DNA of 64,000 nt, taken from positions 48,463 through 112,462 of the forward strand of contig CAYLMM010000003.1 of assembly GCA_964384825.1 (NCBI GenBank). Direction: 5' to 3'. The translations under genes and the position numbers were made by a program. Every line of letters begins with the position of its first letter. The first letter of the stretch is position 1. The notes below the pieces were generated by a model, which had not been told where the DNA came from, made no database searches, and saw only the letters and a program-made list of their open reading frames with translations. Shown one piece after another: positions 55,912 through 64,000 of the stretch. The DNA is from an uncultured Fibrobacteraceae bacterium (GTDB taxonomy: Bacteria > Krumholzibacteriota > Krumholzibacteriia > LZORAL124-64-63).

Positions 55912-56883
55912 CATGATCCGCCCATGAAGCTCAAGGTGTCAATCCAGATCGGAACGGCGGCGGTCGTCTGGCTCGCCGTCGCCGCGTTCGCCGGCGCGGG
56001 AAACGATCCCCGCGTCCTCGACGACGTCTTTCCCCGCCTGCTGCTGGAAAGGGAGGCGGGGGTGGCCGAGTCGGTCGAGCGGGATTGCCTGGCTGCGCTG
56101 CGGGCCGCCGAGCCGGTCCTGCGCCGGACGGTATGGCCCTATGCGCTCGATCCGCCCCGGCTGCGGGTCAGTCTGCTGACCTCCGCGGGCTTCGAGCGCG
56201 CGCTGGCCGAGCTCGGCGGCGGCGTGCCGGATTGGGGCGTCGGGGTGGAGGTCGGCGACCTGATCCTGGTCGACTGCGAGCGGGCGGTCGGCATCGGCCG
56301 CGACGCTCCGCTGGTGATGCTGCACGAGACGGCGCACGCCCTGCTGCATTTCGGGGCCGGGCCGCGCACGGAGGTGCCGCGCTGGTTCCACGAGGGCGTC
56401 GCCCAGCGGGTCAGCGGCGAGTGGCGTTTCCGCGATACCCTGTCGCTGATCCTCGGGGGCCGGATCCCCTCGCTCGAATCCTTGTCCGGTTCGTTCCCCC
56501 GTCCCGCGGCCTGGGCCGATCAGGCCTACCGCGGCAGCCTGCTGGCGGTGACCTTCCTGGAGCGCTGGCACGGCGACGACGTCGTCGCCCGGGTGGTGCT
56601 GCAGTCCCGGCGCAAAGGCGATTTCACGCTCGGATTCATCGCCGCCACCGGATCCTCGCCCGCCGCCTTCGCCGAGAGATTCCGCATCGCGACCAACCGC
56701 CGCTTCGGCTGGATCGGGATCTTCACCCGCTGGCCGGGCCTCTTCGTTCTGGCGGCGCTGGTCTTCGCGGTCGGAGCCGCGATCAAGCTGGCCGCGCGCC
56801 GCCGCCGGATCGCGGCCATGCCCGATCACGGCGGCGCGCCTCCGCAGGAGGATCCCGGAGACCGGCCGGAAGGGACCTTCTGA
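55912..56883 (+). CDS. putative zinc-dependent metallopeptidase-like protein (HExxH) with a signal peptide and a C-terminal TM anchor
   Basis: HETAHALLH plus downstream HEGVAQ. An N-terminal signal peptide and a C-terminal TM helix LFVLAALVFAVGAAI. The start is ATG at 55912 or 55924. Confidence 0.5.
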   Translation, partial: HDPPMKLKVSIQIGTAAVVWLAVAAFAGAGNDPRVLDDVFPRLLLEREAGVAESVERDCLAALRAAEPVLRRTVWPYALDPPRLRVSLLTSAGFERALAELGGGVPDWGVGVEVGDLILVDCERAVGIGRDAPLVMLHETAHALLHFGAGPRTEVPRWFHEGVAQRVSGEWRFRDTLSLILGGRIPSLESLSGSFPRPAAWADQAYRGSLLAVTFLERWHGDDVVARVVLQSRRKGDFTLGFIAATGSSPAAFAERFRIATNRRFGWIGIFTRWPGLFVLAALVFAVGAAIKLAARRRRIAAMPDHGGAPPQEDPGDRPEGTF

Positions 56884-57201
56884 GCGTTCCCGGGCCCGGA
56901 TCGTCGAATCCTGATCCCGCGCGCCGGGATTGCATCCTGCATCCCCGTCTTTCCGGGCGCCGAACCGGGCGCGGCGGCGTCAGCGGTTTCCGGGGCCGTG
57001 GATCGTTCCTCGATTCCGCAGAGGAACGCGAAAGCCGTCTCGACCGCAATGGCTGATATTTCCCGGTAATTCGCCGAAATCCCGCCCGATTCTCCATTCT
57101 TACGATTCGATCATTGACAAGCCGCAGGAAATCCCCATTGTTAATTCAAACTTCAATTGTCTACCTTCGCTCCGCGACCGGCGACCACGCCGGGCAGGGA
57201 G

Positions 57202-57233
57202 GCCCACGGATCGTGGGAGTTCAAGGATTGAAC
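57202..57233. promoter_or_regulatory. two adjacent inverted repeats (CCCACGgatCGTGGG; AGTTCAAggaTTGAACT), candidate enhancer/UAS ~60-85 bp upstream of the sigma54 promoter
   Basis: Perfect palindromes directly read in a ~480-bp lower-GC intergenic region. Confidence 0.3.
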
Positions 57234-57288
57234 TGTAATTCCCCATCGAACAACAACTTGCGAGGGCTTTGCCCTTCGCTGGTGAACG

Positions 57289-57304
57289 TGGCACCCTTGT
57301 TGCT
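57289..57304 (+). promoter_or_regulatory. sigma54 (RpoN) promoter, -24/-12 type
   Basis: TGGCAC-ccttg-TTGCT is an exact match to TGGCAC-N5-TTGC(A/T). It sits ~64 nt upstream of the ATG at 57368. Confidence 0.5.
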
Positions 57305-57367
57305 GCCGAATGTGTCCGAATGCGGCCAGCACCAGCGGCGATCTCCAGGCGACACCGGAGGATGACG

Positions 57368-57997
57368 ATGACCAGACGGAGCACTTCCAGGATCCTGGCG
57401 GCGGGTTTTCTCCTGCTGCTTCTTGCCCCGTCCCTCGCCTCGGCCCAAGGCGTTCCCGTGAATCTCAGATGGACCGCTCCGACGGAGGGCGCCCCGGTCG
57501 ATCATTACGATGTCTACGCGGTTCTCGGTGACGGCGAGCCCATCTTCCTGGATTCGGAGTTCGAGACCTCCTTCACCCTGAACGCCGAGTTCGGCGTCCG
57601 GTACAAGATCGGCGTCCGCGGCGTCTCGCCCTACGGCCTGGTGGGCCCGATGAGCGAGCTTTCCGACGAGATCTACTTCGCCCTGCCCGGCCAGGGCGAC
57701 GAGGTTCCCACGATTCCGGCGCTGCGTCCGAACTTCCCCAACCCCTTCAACCCCGAGACCACCATCGCCTACGGCGTGCCCGAGTCCGACGAGGGATCCA
57801 TCCGCGCGGCCCTGTACATCTACAACATGCGCGGCGAACGTATCCGCTCGTTGCCGGTCGACACCTATCCCGGCTGGCATACGGTCAACTGGGACGGACG
57901 CGATACGGCGGGTATGATCCAGCCTTCCGGCGGCTACATCGTCCAGTTCATCTGCAACGGCAGGTCCGAGAGCTGGAAAATGACGATGCTGAAATAG
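57368..57997 (+). CDS. secreted FN3-like protein with a T9SS/FlgD-Ig-like C-terminal sorting domain
   Basis: The signal peptide is ILAAGFLLLLLAPSLASA. The C-terminus NFPNPFNPETTIAYGV...IYNMRGERIRSL...WDGRD...GGYIVQF is the Por/T9SS type-A sorting-domain signature. The start is the second ATG (GGAGG-N6-ATG). Confidence 0.75.
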   Translation: MTRRSTSRILAAGFLLLLLAPSLASAQGVPVNLRWTAPTEGAPVDHYDVYAVLGDGEPIFLDSEFETSFTLNAEFGVRYKIGVRGVSPYGLVGPMSELSDEIYFALPGQGDEVPTIPALRPNFPNPFNPETTIAYGVPESDEGSIRAALYIYNMRGERIRSLPVDTYPGWHTVNWDGRDTAGMIQPSGGYIVQFICNGRSESWKMTMLK

Positions 57998-58103
57998 GTC
58001 CCCGGCCTTTTTCCCACCCGCTTCAACTGCTATCTTGTCTTGCCTGGATACGGCGGCCGCCGATTCGGCGTCGCCGACCTTCGTCCGTATTTCGAGGTGG
58101 AGC

Positions 58104-60302
58104 ATGAATCTGATCAAGTTGAAGAAGCTGGCCAACGCGGGAAAATTCGAGGATGTGCAGACCTTGTGGCCCGACGCGGTCTCCGATCCCGAGAGGTCGG
58201 TCGAGGACCTGATCCGGGTCGTGAGCCAGGTGCACAATCTCGGGGCCGCCGGCGACGCCGAGGGCATGCTCTCGGTTCTGCTGGACGCCGTCGGGGCGCA
58301 GGGAGGGGACCAGGCCCGTCTGGATGTCGTTCGGGCCGTCGCCGACGGCATCGCCGAATCCGATTTCCTGGCCCGCGAACTGCGACGCCTCTACGCGGCG
58401 GTCCACTCCGACCGCGATGACCTGCCCCGGCTGCTGGAGACCGTCTTCGACGGCGCCAAGGATCTGGCCGCCGCCGTGGATCTGTCCGACCGCTACATCA
58501 AGCTGCCGGTCGGCGGCTTTCTCAGCCATCGCGAAATGCTGGATCCCGGCATGGTCGAGGCGGTGGACGCGGAAACCGCCCGGCTGACGGTGACCTTCTG
58601 CGGCCGCGGCATGATCCTCGACCGCGACGACGTCGCCCGGGCGATCCTGCTGCCCCCCGATCACTTCCCGTCGTTGAAGCTGTACCGGGCCGAGGAGATG
58701 AGCCGGCTCGCCGCCGAGGATCCCGAGGCCTTCCTGGCGATCGTGCTGGGGTCGAGCCGCAACCGCACCTGCGCCTACCGCGATCTCAAGAAATCGGTGA
58801 TCGAGCTGCTGGGCGAGAAGGCCTGGACCGGATGGTGGCGGCAGGCGCGCACGGCCTTGAAGCAGTCGAGCCGTATCGCCTTGTCCGGGGCCTCGCAGCC
58901 GACCTTCCGCCTGCTGGCCGAGGAGCGCTCCTACGACGACCGTCTGCGCGACCGGTTCCTGCATCTGAAGGATCCGCTCGCGAAGCTCGTGTTCATCCTC
59001 GATTACGTCGACGAGACCCGCAAGGAGCGCCCCGCCGATCCGCGGCTGCTGGCCGAGATGGGCAACGCGGCGGCCAAGATGGCGGGACCCCTGCTGAAGG
59101 AGGATCCCGAGCTCACCCTGGTCTGCCTCGCGGTCCACGCCGAGGTGGCCGCCCGCGGCGCCGACGTGGCCACCCTGAATCCCCGCGCCGCCGCGCAGGT
59201 CCTCGCCCGGATCGAGAATCCCGGCGCCCTGCCGCGCCGGTTCAACGACCGGCTGCTGCGGTCGCTGCTGGAGTTCGTGCGCTCGGTCCGGCCCGGGGAG
59301 TGGTCCGGATTCTGGAGCCGCGTGCTGCCCCGCGCCGGACGCCAGACCAGCGAGATGCTCGCCCGCGAGCTGGTCGCCGCCGGCAAGATCGACATCCTGA
59401 CCGACGCCCTGCGTGAAGTGATCCGCCATCCCACCGCCTCGCCCGACGTCCTGTTCTGGCTCTGGCGGGCGCGTCTGACCGACACGAAGATGGCCCGCTC
59501 CCTGGCCGGGATGGAGGGTGTCTCGGGCCTGGACTGCATCGCCGCGCTGCTCCATCTGATCGACGCTTCGGGCCGGATGGCGGCGATGTCCGACGACAAG
59601 AAGCTGCGCCTGCGGATCGATCAGGCGCACGAGGCTCTCGACCAGCAGGAGGGCCGGATAGTGAAGGAGATACTGTCCGGCACGACGACCGATCAGGCGC
59701 AGGATTTCAAGGCGATGATCGATGGCAGCGGCGGCTTGCGGCCGTCGGCGCGGGCGAGCCTCAGGACCTACCTGCGGCTGGTCCATCCCGAGCTCTTCAT
59801 CGAAGTGATCCGGGCCTGGGAAGAGGACGCCATCTACTCCACCAAGGACGCCCTGGAGCGACGCCAGCGGGAGCTCAACGGCATCGTCACCGAGGACATC
59901 CCGGCGGTCGCCCGGCAGATCGGCGAGGCCGCCTCCCACGGCGATCTGAGCGAGAACTCGGAATACACCGCCGCCCTGGAGAAGCGCGACCAGCTGACCA
60001 GCCGCGCCACCCGCATCGAGAAGGAGCTGCAGATCGCCAAGGTGATCGACGCCTCGCTCTCGGAGTCCGACTACGTGAACGTCGGCACCCGGGTGACCGT
60101 CCGCGATCTGGTGGCCGACATCGAGGAGATCTACACCTTCCTGGGCATCTGGGATTCCGATCCCGAGGCGGGGATCCTCTCGTACAAGGCCCCGCTCTCG
60201 CAGTCCTTCATGGGGCGCAAGGTGGGCGATACGGTGGAATACGAGCTCGACGGCGAGCATTACCGCAAGTGGAAGATCCTGAACATCGAGCCGGGAATCT
60301 GA
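58104..60302 (+). CDS. large GreA/GreB-domain fusion protein (~570-aa helical N-terminal region + complete GreA-like C-terminal module)
   Basis: The C-terminus GDLSENSEYTAALEKRDQL... is the GreA N-terminal coiled-coil acidic tip. ...VGTRVTVRDL...EYEL is the FKBP-like GreA C-terminal domain. Start at MNLIKLKKL (GAGGTGGAG RBS). Confidence 0.75.
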   Translation: MNLIKLKKLANAGKFEDVQTLWPDAVSDPERSVEDLIRVVSQVHNLGAAGDAEGMLSVLLDAVGAQGGDQARLDVVRAVADGIAESDFLARELRRLYAAVHSDRDDLPRLLETVFDGAKDLAAAVDLSDRYIKLPVGGFLSHREMLDPGMVEAVDAETARLTVTFCGRGMILDRDDVARAILLPPDHFPSLKLYRAEEMSRLAAEDPEAFLAIVLGSSRNRTCAYRDLKKSVIELLGEKAWTGWWRQARTALKQSSRIALSGASQPTFRLLAEERSYDDRLRDRFLHLKDPLAKLVFILDYVDETRKERPADPRLLAEMGNAAAKMAGPLLKEDPELTLVCLAVHAEVAARGADVATLNPRAAAQVLARIENPGALPRRFNDRLLRSLLEFVRSVRPGEWSGFWSRVLPRAGRQTSEMLARELVAAGKIDILTDALREVIRHPTASPDVLFWLWRARLTDTKMARSLAGMEGVSGLDCIAALLHLIDASGRMAAMSDDKKLRLRIDQAHEALDQQEGRIVKEILSGTTTDQAQDFKAMIDGSGGLRPSARASLRTYLRLVHPELFIEVIRAWEEDAIYSTKDALERRQRELNGIVTEDIPAVARQIGEAASHGDLSENSEYTAALEKRDQLTSRATRIEKELQIAKVIDASLSESDYVNVGTRVTVRDLVADIEEIYTFLGIWDSDPEAGILSYKAPLSQSFMGRKVGDTVEYELDGEHYRKWKILNIEPGI

Positions 60303-60337
60303 GTCGCGGATCCGATCCGCTTTTCCGGGGAGCCGTT

Positions 60338-61111
60338 ATGAGGAAGACCGCGGTATCGCTGATGGTCGCGGGTATGCTGGCCGCACTGGCCGCACTGGCC
60401 GGATGCGCCGGCGGCGTCAAGGACGTGATGTCGGATCCCGGGCTGGATCCCGGGGCTCTGCTTGCGGGCCGGATGGTGGTGGCCGGAGTCGCGGCGCGGG
60501 TCGATTCGGTGGATCCGGTCCTGCGCGACCGCTGCGGCGACGCCCTGTTCGGCTCCTTCCTGGCGGGCCGTCCGGATCTCGAAATCTGGCCGCAGTCGAG
60601 CCTGGCCGGCGCGATCGGGGATTCCGCCCACGCGGCCCTGCTGGACCGTGTCGGGTTCGCCCACGAGATCGCGCCCGCGCGGCTGGCCGGGATCGCCGAC
60701 GTCATGCCGGGCGTCCGGTTCCTGGCGGTCGGCCGGATCGACCGCGACCGGACCGAGCTTTCCAGTTCCAACACCGCGGCCGAGGCCCGGACCCTAGAGG
60801 ACGGGAGCTACGATTCGGCCCTGCACGTCGCGACCGACTACCGGCGCCGGATCGAGGTCACGCTCACGGTCTACGACCTGGCCGCCGGCGAAGCGGTCTG
60901 GACGGGAGTCGCCGACCGTTCGCGCAAGATCTCCCACAGCCAGTTCGAGGATTCCGGCAAGCGGGCGTCCGGAGGCCTGGCGGGACGGTTCGCCGGCTCG
61001 CCCGGGGCGCCGGAATCGCCGCCCGACCCGACCCCCGATCTCGCGGAGATGGTCGGCCGGGCCTTCGCCGACCTGATCGCGCGCCTGCCCGCCGTAGCGC
61101 GGGAGCGCTGA
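60338..61111 (+). CDS. hypothetical lipoprotein
   Basis: MRKTAVSLMVAGMLAALAALAGCAGG is the lipobox. GGGGAG RBS. Confidence 0.6.
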   Translation: MRKTAVSLMVAGMLAALAALAGCAGGVKDVMSDPGLDPGALLAGRMVVAGVAARVDSVDPVLRDRCGDALFGSFLAGRPDLEIWPQSSLAGAIGDSAHAALLDRVGFAHEIAPARLAGIADVMPGVRFLAVGRIDRDRTELSSSNTAAEARTLEDGSYDSALHVATDYRRRIEVTLTVYDLAAGEAVWTGVADRSRKISHSQFEDSGKRASGGLAGRFAGSPGAPESPPDPTPDLAEMVGRAFADLIARLPAVARER

Positions 61112-61147
61112 AGACTGACCGCGCATCGATTTTCGGAAACGGAATAC

Positions 61148-61173
61148 GGGGGATCGCCGACCGGCGATCCCCC
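61148..61173. terminator. bidirectional hairpin terminator between convergent genes
   Basis: GGGGGATCGCCG-ac-CGGCGATCCCCC is a perfect 12-bp stem. Confidence 0.5.
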
Positions 61174-61181
61174 CTTCGCGT

Positions 61182-61955
61182 CTAGCGGCCCCGCTTGTGG
61201 CTGACGTAGGCGCTCTGCTGGTCGGTGGGCATGATCAGGATCTCGCCGATGTTCACGTGCGCGGGGCGCGAGGCCGCCCAGAGCGCCGCCTCGGCGATGT
61301 CCCCGGCCTCCAGGGGCGGGAACGCCCGGTAGACCTGGCCGGCCCGCTCGGCGTCGCCGCGGAAGCGCACCTCGCTGAATTCGGTCTCGACCATGCCGGG
61401 ATCGATCGAGGTGACCCGCACCCGGGTTCCGGTGAGGTCGATCCGCATCCCCTCGTTCAGGGCCCGGACCGCGAACTTGGTCGCGCAGTAGACGTTGCCG
61501 CCGGGATAGACCTGGCGGCCGGCGATCGACCCGAGGTTGATCACGTGCCCCCGATCGCGCTCGACCATGCCGGGGATGACCGCGCGGCTGACCCAGAGCA
61601 GGCCCTTGACGTTGGTGTCGATCATCTCCTCCCAGTCGAGATGGTTCGAAGATTCGTGCAGCTTGTCGAGGCCGCGGCTCAGGCCCGCGTTGTTGACCAG
61701 GATGTCGATAACGCGCCATGTTTCGGGCAGACCGGCGATCGCCGCGTTCACGGCGTCGCGGTCGCGGACGTCCAGCTCCAGCAGGTGGCAGTCGGTTTCA
61801 TGGGCCGCCGCCAGTTCGGCGGCCAGCTCGTCCAGGCGCCCGGCGCGGCGCGCGCAGAGGATCAGGCGGCAGCCGGCCTGGGCGAAGGCTCGGGCGCAGG
61901 CGGCGCCGATGCCGGCGCTGGCCCCGGTGATCATCACGGTCCTGTTCTGAAGCAT
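61182..61955 (-). CDS. SDR-family short-chain dehydrogenase/reductase
   Basis: The TGASAGIG Rossmann motif, NNAG, and the catalytic motif YCATKFAVRAL (YxxxK). Confidence 0.85.
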   Translation of the reverse strand: MLQNRTVMITGASAGIGAACARAFAQAGCRLILCARRAGRLDELAAELAAAHETDCHLLELDVRDRDAVNAAIAGLPETWRVIDILVNNAGLSRGLDKLHESSNHLDWEEMIDTNVKGLLWVSRAVIPGMVERDRGHVINLGSIAGRQVYPGGNVYCATKFAVRALNEGMRIDLTGTRVRVTSIDPGMVETEFSEVRFRGDAERAGQVYRAFPPLEAGDIAEAALWAASRPAHVNIGEILIMPTDQQSAYVSHKRGR

Positions 61956-62086
61956 GGTGCAGTCCTCGCTTTCGGGTTGGCGGCGCGGCGGCCGCTTGCT
62001 AACCTGATGCCGCGGCCGCCGGATTCAAGAATATCGGCCGCGCGGCGGGAACGCCAGCCGCAACCCCTTGACTCCCGGAGGGCGTC

Positions 62087-62359
62087 GTGTTCCGCAATAT
62101 CCTGATCGCCTTGGCCATCCTGCTGGTCTTCTGGCTCGCCGCCCGCCGGCCGGGCGCCGGATCCCGCCTTTCCTACCGCACGATCTGCCGCCGCACGCTC
62201 CCGCCCGCGATCATCCTCGGCGCCGTCTTCATGTGGCGGGTGTTTTCGGTCGGCGAGACGGCCGGCGGCATGGGCGCCTTCTTTCCCCTGCTGGTGATGA
62301 CGGTGTCGGTGTGGCTGCTGGCCGCGGCGGTCATCTGGAGCCTCGGCCGCCGCCGCTGA
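62087..62359 (+). CDS. small hypothetical membrane protein (2 TM)
   Basis: A GTG start with GGAGG 5 nt upstream. It has two hydrophobic helices and lies in the gap between the SDR and the permease. Coding status is uncertain. Confidence 0.4.
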   Translation: MFRNILIALAILLVFWLAARRPGAGSRLSYRTICRRTLPPAIILGAVFMWRVFSVGETAGGMGAFFPLLVMTVSVWLLAAAVIWSLGRRR

Positions 62360-62398
62360 CCGGCCGCGCACCCGTGCGCCCGCGTTCCGGCGCGGCTC

Positions 62399-63712
62399 CT
62401 ACCCGTACGGATAGAACACGTAGAACAGAAACGACAGACCGCCGAGGACCCACAGGCCGGGCGGCACCTCGCGCCGTCTGCCGGCGAGCAGCTTGAACAG
62501 CGGCCAGGTCACGAAACCGGCGGTCAGGCCGACCGCCAGGTTCAGCGTGAACGACATCAGCGCGATGGTGATGAAGGCCGGCAGCAGCTCGGTCAGGTCG
62601 TCGGCCGCCAGGCGCCCGAAAGAGCCCATCATCAGCATGCCCACGATCACCAGGGCCGGACCGTAGGCGAAGCCGGGCACCGCGCCGAACAGGGGCGCCA
62701 GGAACAGGGCGGTCAGGAACAGCAGGCCCGTGGTCACCGCCGTCAGGCCGGTGCGCCCGCCGGCCTCGATTCCGGCGGCCGATTCGAGATAGGTTCCGGT
62801 TGTGGTGGTGCCGAGCAGCGCTCCGGCCACCGTGGCGCCCGCGTCGCAGAGCAGGGGTGTTTCCACCTCGGGCAGTTCGCCCCGTTCGTCGAGCAGGCCG
62901 GCCCGGTACGAGACGCCCAGCAGCGTACCCATGGTATCGACGAAATCCATCACGAAGACCGTCAGGACGATGGGGAAGAAATCCCAGGTCAGCGCGCCGC
63001 GCAGATCCAGGGCCAGCAGCACCGGCCGCGGGTCGGGCGGCGGTCCGAGGATCTTATCGGGCAGGGGCGCCTCGCCGCAGAGGAAGCCGGCCGCGGCGGT
63101 GGCCAGGATCCCGATCAGCACCGCGCCGGGAATCCGCTTGAGCAGCAGCACCCCGGTCAGCAGCAGGCAGCCGACCGCCAGCAGCACGCCGGGATCCCGG
63201 AAATCCCCCATCTGGACGGGGCTGCCAGGAACGCCCAGCTGCACCAGGCCCGCGCTGTTGAGTCCCACGAAGGCCAGGAAGAACCCGATGCCCACCACGA
63301 ACGCGATCTTCAGCCCCTCGGGCAGGGAACTGGCCAGCCACGCGCGGATCCCCAGGATGGTCAACAGCACGAACAGCACGCCCCCGATCAGCACCGCGCC
63401 GAGGGCCTGCTGCCAGGTGTGGCCCAGGGCTCCGACGACCGTGACGGCGATGAAGGCGTTGGCTCCCATGTAGGGGGCCACGGCGAAGGGGCGGCGGGCG
63501 TAGAATCCCATCGCCAGGGTGCCGATGAACGCGGCGGCGATGGTGGCCGCCATCACCGGGCCGAAGGGCATGCCCGCGCCCTCGAGGATCTTGGGATTGA
63601 CCACGATGATGTAGGCCATCGTCACGAATGTGGTGGCCCCGGCGGTGATCTCGCGGCGGATCGTGGTGCGGTGGCGGGTCAGTCCGAAGTAGGAATCCAG
63701 GAATCGGCGCAT
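62399..63712 (-). CDS. NCS2-family nucleobase permease (AzgA/PbuG-like guanine/hypoxanthine permease)
   Basis: Start at MRRFLDSYFGL (GGAGGA RBS). TTFVTMAYIIVVNP is a typical AzgA block. ~12 TM helices. Confidence 0.85.
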   Translation of the reverse strand: MRRFLDSYFGLTRHRTTIRREITAGATTFVTMAYIIVVNPKILEGAGMPFGPVMAATIAAAFIGTLAMGFYARRPFAVAPYMGANAFIAVTVVGALGHTWQQALGAVLIGGVLFVLLTILGIRAWLASSLPEGLKIAFVVGIGFFLAFVGLNSAGLVQLGVPGSPVQMGDFRDPGVLLAVGCLLLTGVLLLKRIPGAVLIGILATAAAGFLCGEAPLPDKILGPPPDPRPVLLALDLRGALTWDFFPIVLTVFVMDFVDTMGTLLGVSYRAGLLDERGELPEVETPLLCDAGATVAGALLGTTTTGTYLESAAGIEAGGRTGLTAVTTGLLFLTALFLAPLFGAVPGFAYGPALVIVGMLMMGSFGRLAADDLTELLPAFITIALMSFTLNLAVGLTAGFVTWPLFKLLAGRRREVPPGLWVLGGLSFLFYVFYPYG

Positions 63713-63797
63713 GGCGATCCTCCGGGAAGATTTCGCGGCACGACGCTTCCGGGCCAGCATAAGGGTTCTGAAGGGAAAAACCATCCCCGGAAAGCGA

Positions 63798-63824
63798 AGG
63801 CCCTCCCCGGATGGGGGAGGGCCT
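63798..63824 (-). terminator. rho-independent terminator downstream of the S9 peptidase gene
   Basis: AGGCCCTCCCC-ggat-GGGGAGGGCCT hairpin. On the minus strand it is followed by TTCGCTTTCC. Confidence 0.5.
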
Positions 63825-63854
63825 CGTCGCGCCGGGCGCGGAGTCGGGATCGGG

Positions 63855-64000
63855 TCAGCGGGTCCAGCGGGTCAGCCAGCCCATGACCTCGTCGTGCCAC
63901 AGGATCGAGTTGCTGGGCCGCAGGACCCAGTGGTTCTCGTCCGGGAAGTAGAGCAGCCGGGCCGGCACGCCCTGGCGGCGCAGGGCGGTGAAGGTGCTCA
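63855..64000 (-). CDS. S9-family serine peptidase (prolyl oligopeptidase/acylaminoacyl-peptidase type), C-terminal fragment; the gene continues past the window
   Basis: The reverse-complement translation ends ...STFTALRRQGVPARLLYFPDENHWVLRPSNSILWHDEVMGWLTRWTR*. LYFPDENH is the catalytic-His region of S9 peptidases. Confidence 0.6.
   Translation of the reverse strand, partial: STFTALRRQGVPARLLYFPDENHWVLRPSNSILWHDEVMGWLTRWTR

Noticed and set aside
57100-57384. Small ORFs (83–94 aa) in the 480-bp intergenic region upstream of the T9SS-sorted protein
   Set aside because: They have no RBS, an odd composition, and overlap the sigma54 promoter and palindromes. This is more likely a regulatory region.

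Overview
This is a high-GC (~70%) bacterial chromosomal window with dense genes and many antisense pseudo-ORFs that I treat as artefacts. There are no rRNA or tRNA genes, CRISPR arrays or IS/integrase genes. Start coordinates are taken from ORF-track frames plus RBS inspection and may be off by a few nucleotides.

Content from 5' to 3':
- A partial hypothetical gene, then a NYN + OST-HTH(LOTUS) protein with a histone-H1-like K/A tail.
- A PPDK_N-only protein, gdhA, a TPR protein, and an AT-rich island with palindromic operators and a Cys-rich secreted protein.
- An NtrC-type sigma54 response regulator and sensor kinase pair.
- A CDGSH–YceI pair and mdh.
- A minus-strand operon NUDIX <- M48 peptidase <- TopoVI-A (Spo11-like) <- M32 carboxypeptidase <- TopoVI-B <- SAM methyltransferase. 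This is an archaeal-type type IIB topoisomerase in a bacterium, with the two subunits split by a peptidase gene.
- A ~25 kb exopolysaccharide locus (21.1–45.8 kb) on two divergent operons: several GT4 transferases, wecB, a bi-domain oxidoreductase, an AsnB-like amidotransferase, a pyruvyl transferase, two MOP flippases, an MBOAT + SGNH O-acylation pair, a BY-kinase-like protein with Walker-A Lys->Ala, Wza, PCP/Wzz, a Wzy/O-antigen-ligase-like protein and an ExeA-like AAA+ ATPase with a SPOR domain. It resembles exosortase-A-associated loci, but no exosortase is present in the window.
- Futalosine-pathway genes (MqnA, MqnC/E), an orphan protein with a C-terminal RelA/SpoT-like nucleotidyltransferase domain, a Met gamma-lyase family enzyme, a large secreted S8 subtilase, GT4, Sir2 and an HExxH protein.
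- A T9SS C-terminal-sorting-domain protein behind a consensus sigma54 promoter, a 732-aa GreA-fusion protein, a lipoprotein, an SDR, an NCS2 permease and a partial S9 peptidase.

The T9SS sorting domain together with the high GC suggests an FCB-group or candidate-phylum organism (Gemmatimonadota or Eisenbacteria-like).
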